DNA of 64,000 nucleotides, from the NCBI GenBank assembly GCA_964016885.1, contig CAXHJY010001588.1, positions 1 through 64,000 on the forward strand. The letters are read 5' to 3'. Positions within the stretch are counted from its first letter, which is position 1; every line of letters starts with the position of its first letter. The stretch is from Eledone cirrhosa (taxonomy: Eukaryota). The notes beneath the pieces were generated by a model that saw only the letters and a program-made list of their open reading frames with translations, was not told the DNA's origin and did not search any database. A program made the translations under genes and the position numbers. Below, in pieces: positions 50,751-61,449 of the stretch.

Positions 50751-53700
50751 AGCTAAGCTAAGCTAAGCTAACCTAAGCTAAGCTATCCTAAGCTAAGCTA
50801 AGCTAAGCTATCCTAAGCTAAGCTAAGCTAAGCTATCCTAAGCTATCCTAAGCTAAGCTATCCTAAGCTAAGCTATCCTAAGCTAAGCTATCCTAAGCTA
50901 TCCTAAGCTAAGCTATCCTAAGCTAAGCTCTCCTAAGGTAAGCTATCCTAAGCTATCCTAAGCTAAGCTATCCTAAGCTATCCTAAGCTAAGCTAAGCTA
51001 AGCTATCCTAAGCTAAGCTAAGCTAAGCTATCCTAAGCTAAGCTAAGCTAAGCTAAGCTATCCTAAGCTAAGCTAAGCTAAGCTACCTAAGCTAAGCTAA
51101 GCTATCCTAAGCTAAGCTAAGCTAAGCTATCCTAAGCTAAGCTAAGCTCTCCTAAGCTAAGCTAAGCTAAGCTATCCTAAGCTAAGCTAAGCTTTCCTAA
51201 GCTAAGCTAAGCTAAGCTATCCTAAGCTAAGCTAATCTATCCTAAGCTAAGCTAAGCTAAGCTATCCTAAGCTAAGCTAAGCTAAGCTATCCTAAGCTAA
51301 GCTAAGCTAAGCTATCCTAAGCAAAGCTAAGCTATCCTAAGCTAAGCTAAGCTAAGCTATCCTAAGCTAAGCTAAGCTATCCTAAGCTAAGCTAAGCTAA
51401 GCTATCCTAAGCTAAGCTAAGCTATCCTAAGCTAAGCTAAGCTAAGCTATCCTAAGCTAAGCTAAGCTAAGCTATCCTAAGCTAAGCTAAGCTAAGCTAT
51501 CCTAAGCTATCCTAAGCTATCCTAAGCTAACCTAAGCTAAGCTATCCTAAGCTAAGCTAAGCTAAGCTATCCTAAGCTAAGCTAAGCTAAGCTATCCTAA
51601 GCAAAGCTAAGCTATCCTAAGCTAAGCTAAGCTAAGCTATCCTAAGCTAAGCTAAGCTATCCTAAGCTAAGCTAAGCTAAGCTATCCTAAGCTAAGCTAA
51701 GCTATCCTAAGCTAAGCTAAGCTAAGCTATCCTAAGCTAAGCTAAGCTAAGCTATCCTAAGCTAAGCTAAGCTAAGCTATCCTAAGCCATCCTAAGCTAT
51801 CCTAAGCTAACCTAAGCTAAGCTATCCTAAGCTAAGCTAAGCTAAGCTATCCTAAGCTAAGCTAAGCTATCCTAAGCTAAGCTAAGCTAAGCTATCCTAA
51901 GCTAAGCTAAGCTAAGCTATCCTAAGCTAAGCTAAGCTAAGCTATCCTAAGCTAAGCTAAGCTATCCTAAGCTAAGCTAAGCTAAGCTATCCTAAGCTAA
52001 GCTAAGCTAAGCTATCCTAAGCTATCCTAAGCTAAGCTATCCTAAGCTAAGCTATCCTAAGCTATCCTAAGCTAAGCTATCCTAAGCTAAGCTAAGCTAA
52101 GCTATCCTAAGCTAAGCTATCCTAAGCTAAGCTATCCTAAGCTATCCTAAGCTAAGCTATCCTAAGCTATCCTAAGCTAAGCTATCCTAAGCTATCCTAA
52201 GCTAAGCTATCCTAAGCTATCCTAAGCTAAGCTAAGCTAAGCTATCCTAAGCTAAGCTAAGCTAAGCTAAGCTATCCTAAGCTAAGCTAAGCTAAGCTAT
52301 CCTAAGCTAAGCTAAGCTAAGCTATCCTAAGCTATCCTAAGCTAAGCTATCCTAAGCTAAGCTATCCTAAGCTATCCTAAGCTAAGCTATCCTAAGCTAT
52401 CCTAAGCTAAGCTCTCCTAAGCTAAGCTATCCAAAGCTAAGCTATCCTAAGCTATCCTAAGCTAAGCTATCCTAAGCTATCCTAAGCTAAGCTAAGCTAA
52501 GCTATCCTAAGCTAAGCTAAGCTAAGCTATCCTAAGCTAAGCTAAGCTAAGCTTTCCTAAGCTATCCTAAGCTAAGCTATTCTAAGCTAAGCTATCCTAA
52601 GCTATCCTAAGCTAAGCTATCCTAAGCTATCCTAAGCTAAGCTATCCTAAGCTAATCTATCCTAAGCTAAGCTATCCTAAGCTAACCTAAGCTAAGCTAT
52701 CCTAAGCTATCCTAAGCTAAGCTATCCTAAGCTATCCTAGGCTAAGCTAAGCTAAGCTATCCTAAGCTAAGCTAAGCTAAGCTATCCTAAGCTAAGCTAA
52801 GCTAAGCTATCCTAAGCTAAGCTAAGCTAAGCTATCCTAAGCTATCCTAAGCTAAGCTATCCTAAGCTAAGCTATCCTAAGCTAAGCTATCCTAAGCTAT
52901 CCTAAGCTAAGCTATCCTAAGCTATCCTAAGCTAAGCTATCCTAAGCTAAGCTATCCTAAGCTAAGCTATCCTAAGCTATCCTAAGCTAAGCTATCCTAA
53001 GCTATCCTAAGCTAAGCTATCCTAAGCTATCCTAAGCTAAGCTAAGCTAAGCTATCCTAAGCTAAGCTAAGCTAAGCTATCCTAAGCTAAGCTAAGCTAA
53101 GCTATCCTAAGCTAAGCTAAGCTAAGCTATCCTAAGCGATCCTAAGCTAAGCTATCCTAAGCTAAGCTATCCTAAGCTATCCTAAGCTAAGCAATCCTAA
53201 GCTATCCTAAGCTAAGCTATCCTAAGCTAAGCTATCCTAAGCTATCCTAAGCTAAGCTATCCTAAGCTATCCTAAGCTAAGCTATCCTAAGCTATCCTAA
53301 GCTAAGCTAAGCTAAGCTAACCTAAGCTAAGCTATCCTAAGCTAAGCTAAGCTAAGCTATCCTAAGCTAAGCTAAGCTAAGCTATCCTAAGCTATCCTAA
53401 GCTAAGCTATCCTAAGCTAAGCTATCCTAAGCTAAGCTATCCTAAGCTATCCTAAGCTAAGCTATCCTAAGCTAAGCTCTCCTAAGGTAAGCTATCCTAA
53501 GCTATCCTAAGCTAAGCTATCCTAAGCTATCCTAAGCTAAGCTAAGCTAAGCTATCCTAAGCTAAGCTAAGCTAAGCTACCTAAGCTAAGCTAAGCTAAG
53601 CTATCCTAAGCTAAGCTAAGCTAAGCTATCCTAAGCTAAGCTAAGCTCTCCTAAGCTAAGCTAAGCTAAGCTATCCTAAGCTAAGCTAAGCTTTCCTAAG

Positions 53701-56700
53701 CTAAGCTAAGCTAAGCTATCCTAAGCTAAGCTAATCTATCCTAAGCTAAGCTAAGCTAAGCTATCCTAAGCTAAGCTAAGCTAAGCTATCCTAAGCTAAG
53801 CTAAGCTAAGCTATCCTAAGCTAAGCTAAGCTAAGCTATCCTAAGCTAAGCTAAGCTAAGCTATCCTAAGCTAAGCTAAGCTAAGCTATCCTAAGCTAAG
53901 CTAAGCTAAGCTATCCTAAGCTAAGCTATCCTAAGCTAAGCTAAGCTATCCTAAGCTAAGCTAAGCTAAGCTATCCTAAGCTAAGCTAAGCTAAGCTATC
54001 CTAAGCTAAGCTAAGCTATCCTAAGCTAAGCTAAGCTAAGCTATCCTAAGCTAAGCTAAGCTAAGCTATCCTAAGCTAAGCTAAGCTAAGCTATCCTAAG
54101 CTATCCTAAGCTATCCTAAGCTAAGCTATCCTAAGCTATCCTAAGCTAAGCTAAGCTAAGCTATCCTAAACTAAGCTAAGCTAAGCTATCCTAAGCTAAG
54201 CTAAGCTAAGCTATCCTAAGCTAAGCTAAGCTAAGCTATCCTAAGCTATCCTAAGCTAAGCTATCCTAAGCTAAGCTATTCTAAGCTATCCTAAGCTAAG
54301 CTATCCTAAGCTATCCTAAGCTAAGCTATCCTAAGCTAAGCTATCCTAAGCTATCCTAAGCTAAGCTATCCTAAGCTAAGCTAAGCTAAGCTAACCTAAG
54401 CTAAGCTATCCTAAGCTAAGCTAAGCTAAGCTATCCTAAGCTAAGCTAAGCTAAGCTATCCTAAGCTATCCTAAGCTAAGCTATCCTAAGCTAAGCTATC
54501 CTAAGCTAAGCTATCCTAAGCTATCCTAAGCTAAGCTATCCTAAGCTAAGCTAAGCTAAGCTATCCTAAGCTAAGCTATCCTAAGCTATCCTAAGCTAAG
54601 CTAAGCTAAGCTAACCTAAGCTAAGCTATCCTAAGCTAAGCTATCCTAAGCTAAGCTATCCTAAGCTATCCTAAGCTAAGCTATCCTAAGCTATCCTAAG
54701 CTAACCTAAGCTAAGCTATCCTAAGCTAAGCTAAGCTAAGCTATCCTAAGCTAAGCTAAGCTAAGCTATCCTAAGCTAAGCTAAGCTAAACTATCCTAAG
54801 CTAAGCTAAGCTAAGCTATCCTAAGCTATCCTAAGCTAAGCTATCCTAAGCTAAGCTAAGCTAAGCTATCCTAAGCTAAGCTAAGCTAAGCTATCCTAAG
54901 CTAAGCTAAGCTAAGCTATCCTAAGCTAAGCTATCCTAAGCTATCCTAAGCTAAGCTAAGCTAAGCTAACCTAAGCTAAGCTATCCTAAGCTAAGCTATC
55001 CTAAGCTAAGCTATCCTAAGCTAAGCTAAGCTAAGCTTTCCTAAGCTAAGCTAAGCTGAGCTATCCTAAGCTAAGCTAAGCTATCCTAAGCTAAGCTAAG
55101 CTAAGCTATCCTAAGCTAAGCTAAGCTAAGCTATCCTAAGCTAAGCTAAGCTAAGCTATCCTAAGCTAAGCTAAGCTATCCTAAGCTAAGCTAAGCTAAG
55201 CTATCCTAAGCTAAGCTAAGCTAAGCTATCCTAAGCTATCCTAAGCTAAGCTATCCTAAGCTAAGCTATCCTAAGCTATCCTAAGCTAAGCTATCCTAAG
55301 CTAAGCTAAGCTAAGCTATCCTAAGCTAAGCTATCCTAAGCTAAGCTATCCTAAGCTATCCTAAGCTAAGCTATCCTAAGCTATCCTAAGCTAAGCTATC
55401 CTAAGCTATCCTAAGCTAAGCTATCCTAAGCTATCCTAAGCTAAGCTAAGCTAAGCTATCCTAAGCTAAGCTAAGCTAAGCTAAGCTATCCTAAGCTAAG
55501 CTAAGCTAAGCTAAGCTATCCTAAGCTAAGCTAAGCTAAGCTATCCTAAGCTATCCTAAGCTAAGCTATCCTAAGCTAAGCTATCCTAAGCTATCCTAAG
55601 CTAAGCTATCCTAAGCTATCCTAAGCTAAGCTCTCCTAAGCTAAGCTATCCAAAGCTAAGCTATCCTAAGCTATCCTAAGCTAAGCTATCCTAAGCTATC
55701 CTAAGCTAAGCTAAGCTAAGCTATCCTAAGCTAAGCTAAGCTAAGCTATCCTAAGCTAAGCTAAGCTAAGCTTTCCTAAGCTATCCTAAGCTAAGCTATT
55801 CTAAGCTAAGCTATCCTAAGCTATCCTAAGCTAAGCTATCCTAAGCTATCCTAAGCTAAGCTATCCTAAGCTATCCTAAGCTAAGCTATCCTAACCTAAG
55901 CTATCCTAAGCTATCCTAAGCTAAGCTATCCTAAGCTATCCTAAGCTAAGCTATCCTAAGCTATCCTAAGCTAAGCTAAGCTAAGCTATCCTAAACTAAG
56001 CTAAGCTATCCTAAGCTAAGCTAAGCTAAGCTATCCTAAGCTAAGCTAAGCTAAGCTAAGCTAAGCTATCCTAAGCTAAGCTAAGCTAAGCTAAGCTATC
56101 CTAAGCTAAGCTAAGCTAAGCTAAGCTATCCTAAGCTAAGCTAAGCTAAGCTAAGCTAAGCTAAGCTATCCTAAGCTAAGCTAAGCTAAGCTATCCTAAG
56201 CCAAGCTAAGCTAAGCTATCCTAAGCCAAGCTAAGCTAAGCTATCCTAAGCTAAGCTAAGCTAAGCTATCCTAAGCTAAGCTAAGCTAAGCTATCCTAAG
56301 CTAAGCTAAGCTAAGCTATCCTAAGCTAAGCTAAGCTAAGCTATCCTAAGCTAAGCTAAGCTAAGCTATACTAAGCTAAGCTAAGCTAAGCTATCCTAAG
56401 CTAAGCTAAGCTAAGCTATCCTAAGCTAAGCTAAGCTAAGCTATCCTAAGCTAAGCTAAGCTATCCTAAGCTAAGCTATCCTAAGCTAAGCTAAGCTAAG
56501 CTATCCTAAGCTAAGCTAAGCTAAGCTATCCTAAGCTAAGCTAAGCTATCCTAAGCTAAGCTAAGCTAAGCTATCCTAAGCTAAGCTAAGCTATCCTAAG
56601 CTAAGCTAAGCTAAGCTATCCTAAGCTAAGCTAAGCTAAGCTATCCTAAGCTAAGCTAAGCTAAACTATCCTAAGCTAAGCTAAGCTATCCTAAGCTAAG

Positions 56701-59700
56701 CTAAGCTAAGCTAAGCTAAGCTAAGCTAAGCTAAGCTTTCCTAAGCTATCCTAAGCTAAGCTATCCTAAGCTAAGCTAAGCTAAGCTATCCTAAGCTAAG
56801 CTAAGCTATCCTAAGCTAATCTAAGCTAAGCTATCCTAAGCTAAGCTATCCTAAGCTATCCTAAGCTAAGCTATCCTAAGCTATCCTAAGCTAAGCTATC
56901 CTAAGCTAAGCTATTCTAAGCTAAGCTAAGCTAAGCTATCCTAAGCTAAGCTAAGCTAAGCTATCCTAAGCTAAGCTAAGCTAAGCTATCCTAAGCTAAG
57001 CTAAGCTAAGCTATCCTAAGCTAAGCTAAGCTAAGCTATCCTAAGCTAAGCTAAGCTAAGCTATCCTAAGCTAAGTTAAGCTATCCTAAGCTAAGCTAAG
57101 CTAAGCTAAGCTATCCTAAGCTATCCTAAGCTAAGCTATCCTAAGCTAAGCTATCCTAAGCTATCCTAAGCTAAGCTATCCTAAGCTATCCTAAGCTAAC
57201 CTAAGCTAAGCTATCCTAAGCTAAGCTAAGCTAAGCTATCCTAAGCTAAGCTAAGCTAAGCTATCCTAAGCTAAGCTAAGCTAAACTATCCTAAGCTAAG
57301 CTAAGCTAAGCTATCCTAAGCTATCCTAAGCTAAGCTATCCTAAGCTAAGCTAAGCTAAGCTATCCTAAGCTAAGCTAAGCTAAGCTATCCTAAGCTAAG
57401 CTAAGCTAAGCTATCCTAAGCTAAGCTATCCTAAGCTATCCTAAGCTAAGCTAAGCTAAGCTAACCTAAGCTAAGCTATCCTAAGCTAAGCTATCCTAAG
57501 CTAAGCTATCCTAAGCTAAGCTAAGCTAAGCTTTCCTAAGCTAAGCTAAGCTGAGCTATCCTAAGCTAAGCTAAGCTATCCTAAGCTAAGCTAAGCTAAG
57601 CTATCCTAAGCTAAGCTAAGCTAAGCTATCCTAAGCTAAGCTAAGCTAAGCTATCCTAAGCTAAGCTAAGCTATCCTAAGCTAAGCTAAGCTAAGCTATC
57701 CTAAGCTAAGCTAAGCTAAGCTATCCTAAGCTATCCTAAGCTAAGCTATCCTAAGCTAAGCTATCCTAAGCTATCCTAAGCTAAGCTATCCTAAGCTAAG
57801 CTAAGCTAAGCTATCCTAAGCTAAGCTATCCTAAGCTAAGCTATCCTAAGCTATCCTAAGCTAAGCTATCCTAAGCTATCCTAAGCTAAGCTATCCTAAG
57901 CTATCCTAAGCTAAGCTATCCTAAGCTATCCTAAGCTAAGCTAAGCTATCCTAAGCTAAGCTAAGCTAAGCTAAGCTATCCTAAGCTAAGCTAAGCTAAG
58001 CTAAGCTATCCTAAGCTAAGCTAAGCTAAGCTATCCTAAGCTATCCTAAGCTAAGCTATCCTAAGCTAAGCTATCCTAAGCTATCCTAAGCTAAGCTATC
58101 CTAAGCTATCCTAAGCTAAGCTCTCCTAAGCTAAGCTATCCAAAGCTAAGCTATCCTAAGCTATCCTAAGCTAAGCTATCCTAAGCTATCCTAAGCTAAG
58201 CTAAGCTAAGCTATCCTAAGCTAAGCTAAGCTAAGCTATCCTAAGCTAAGCTAAGCTAAGCTTTCCTAAGCTATCCTAAGCTAAGCTATTCTAAGCTAAG
58301 CTATCCTAAGCTATCCTAAGCTAAGCTATCCTAAGCTATCCTAAGCTAAGCTATCCTAAGCTATCCTAAGCTAAGCTATCCTAACCTAAGCTATCCTAAG
58401 CTATCCTAAGCTAAGCTATCCTAAGCTATCCTAAGCTAAGCTATCCTAAGCTATCCTAAGCTAAGCTAAGCTAAGCTATCCTAAACTAAGCTAAGCTATC
58501 CTAAGCTAAGCTAAGCTAAGCTATCCTAAGCTAAGCTAAGCTAAGCTAAGCTAAGCTATCCTAAGCTAAGCTAAGCTAAGCTAAGCTATCCTAAGCTAAG
58601 CTAAGCTAAGCTAAGCTATCCTAAGCTAAGCTAAGCTAAGCTAAGCTAAGCTAAGCTATCCTAAGCTAAGCTAAGCTAAGCTATCCTAAGCCAAGCTAAG
58701 CTAAGCTATCCTAAGCCAAGCTAAGCTAAGCTATCCTAAGCTAAGCTAAGCTAAGCTATCCTAAGCTAAGCTAAGCTAAGCTATCCTAAGCTAAGCTAAG
58801 CTAAGCTATCCTAAGCTAAGCTAAGCTAAGCTATCCTAAGCTAAGCTAAGCTAAGCTATACTAAGCTAAGCTAAGCTAAGCTATCCTAAGCTAAGCTAAG
58901 CTAAGCTATCCTAAGCTAAGCTAAGCTAAGCTATCCTAAGCTAAGCTAAGCTATCCTAAGCTAAGCTATCCTAAGCTAAGCTAAGCTAAGCTATCCTAAG
59001 CTAAGCTAAGCTAAGCTATCCTAAGCTAAGCTAAGCTATCCTAAGCTAAGCTAAGCTAAGCTATCCTAAGCTAAGCTAAGCTATCCTAAGCTAAGCTAAG
59101 CTAAGCTATCCTAAGCTAAGCTAAGCTAAGCTATCCTAAGCTAAGCTAAGCTAAACTATCCTAAGCTAAGCTAAGCTATCCTAAGCTAAGCTAAGCTAAG
59201 CTAAGCTAAGCTAAGCTAAGCTAAGCTTTCCTAAGCTATCCTAAGCTAAGCTATCCTAAGCTAAGCTAAGCTAAGCTATCCTAAGCTAAGCTAAGCTATC
59301 CTAAGCTAAGCTAAGCTAAGCTATCCTAAGCTAAGCTATCCTAAGCTATCCTAAGCTAAGCTATCCTAAGCTATCCTAAGCTAAGCTATCCTAAGCTAAG
59401 CTATTCTAAGCTAAGCTAAGCTAAGCTATCCTAAGCTAAGCTAAGCTATCCTAAGCTAAGCTAAGCTAAGCTATCCTAAGCTAAGCTAAGCTAAGCTATC
59501 CTAAGCTAAGCTAAGCTAAGCTATCCTAAGCTAAGCTAAGCTAAGCTATCCTAAGCTAAGTTAAGCTATCCTAAGCTAAGCTAAGCTAAGCTAAGCTATC
59601 CTAAGCTATCCTAAGCTATCCTAAGCTAACCTAAGCTAAGCTATCCTAAGCTAAGCTAAGCTAAGCTATCCTAAGCTAAGCTAAGCTAAGCTATCCTAAG

Positions 59701-61400
59701 CTAAGCTAAGCTATCCTAAGCTAAGCTAAGCTATCCTAAGCTAAGCTAAGCTAAGCTATCCTAAGCTATCCTAAGCTAAGCTATCCTAAGCTAAGCTAAG
59801 CTAAGCTATCCTAAGCTAAGCTAGGCTAAGCTATCCTAAGCTAAGCTAAGCTAAGCTATCCTAAGCTAAGCTAAGCTATCCTAAGCTAAGCTAAGCTAAG
59901 CTATCCTAAGCTAAGCTAAGCTAAGCTATCCTAAGCTATCCTAAGCTAAGCTATCCTAAGCTAAGCTATCCTAAGCTAAGCTATCCTAAGCTATCCTAAG
60001 CTAAGCTATCCTAAGCTATCCTAAGCTAAGCTATCCTAAGCTAAGCTATCCTAAGCTAAGCTATCCTAAGCTATCCTAAGCTAAGCTATCCTAAGCTATC
60101 CTAAGCTAAGCTAAGCTAAGCTAAGCTAAGCTAAGCTATCCTAAGCTAAGCTAAGCTAAGCTATCCTAAGCTAAGCTAAGCTAAGCTATCCTAAGCTATC
60201 CTAAGCTAAGCTATCCTAAGCTAAGCTATCCTAAGCTATCCTAAGCTAAGCTATCCTAAGCTATCCTAAGCTAAGCTATCCTAAGCTAAGCTATCCTAAG
60301 CTAAGCTATCCTAAGCTATCCTAAGCTAAGCTATCCTAAGCTATCCTAAGCTAAGCTAAGCTAAGCTATCCTAAGCTAAGCTAAGCTAAGCTATCCTAAG
60401 CTAAGCTAAGCTAAGCTTTCCTAAGCTATCCTAAGCTAAGCTATCCTAAGCTAAGCTATCCTAAGCTAAGCTATCCTAAGCTATCCTAAGCTAAGCTATC
60501 CTAAGCTATCCTAAGCTAAGCTACCCTAACCTAAGCTATCCTAAGCTATCCTAAGCTAAGCTATCCTAAGCTATCCTAAGCTAAGCTATCCTAAGCTATC
60601 CTAAGCTAAGCTAAGCTAAGCTATCCTAAGCTAAGCTAAGCTTTCCTAAGCTAAGCTAAGCTAAGCTATCCTAAGCTAAGCTAATCTATCCTAAGCTAAG
60701 CTAAGCTAAGCTATCCTAAGCTAAGCTAAGCTAAGCTATCCTAAGCTAAGCTAAGCTAAGCTATCCTAAGCTAAGCTAAGCTATCCTAAGCTAAGCTAAG
60801 CTAAGCTATCCTAAGCTAAGCTAAGCTAAGCTATCCTAAGCTAAGCTAAGCTAAGCTATCCTAAGCTAAGCTAAGCTATCCTAAGCTAAGCTAAGCTATC
60901 CTAAGCTAAGCTAAGCTAAGCTATCCTAAGCTAAGCTAAGCTAAGCTATCCTAAGCTAAGCTAAGCTAAGCTATCCTAAGCTATCCTAAGCTATCCTAAG
61001 CTAAGCTAAGCTAAGCTATCCTAAGCTAAGCTAAGCTAAGCTATCCTAAGCTAAGCTAAGCTAAGCTATCCTAAGCTAAGCTAAGCTATCCTAAGCTAAG
61101 CTAAGCTAAGCTATCCTAAGCTAAGCTAAGCTAAGCTATCCTAAGCTATCCTAAGCTAAGCTATCCTAAGCTAAGCTAAGCTAAGCTATCCTAAGCTAAG
61201 CTAAGCTAAGCTATCCTAAGCTAAGCTAAGCTAAGCTATCCTAAGCTAAGCTAAGCTAAGCTATCCTAAGCTAAGCTATCCTAAGCTATCCTAAGCTAAG
61301 CTAAGCTAAGCTAACCCAAGCTAAGCTATCCTAAGCTAAGCTATCCTAAGCTAAGCTATCCTAAGCTAAGCTAAGCTAAGCTATCCTAAGCTAAGCTAAG
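46250..61400 (+). repeat. Large direct copy of segment ~5760-20990 (offset ~40.4-40.55 kb)
   Basis: ACCT 6094/46586, 10583/51085, 13042/53579; ATCCA 15106/55648; AGGCT 19271/59823; ACCCT-AACCT 20111/60523; AACCC 20896/61313. Confidence 0.88.
54620..59600 (+). repeat. Second instance of the ~2.5-kb tandem pair
   Basis: ATCCA 55648/58138 and ATACT 56368/58858 (offset 2490), with GAGCT and (AAGCT)9-TTCCT in both copies. Confidence 0.88.
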
Positions 61401-61449
61401 CTATCCTAAGCTATCCTAAGCTAAGCTAAGCTAAGCTAACCCAAGCTAA

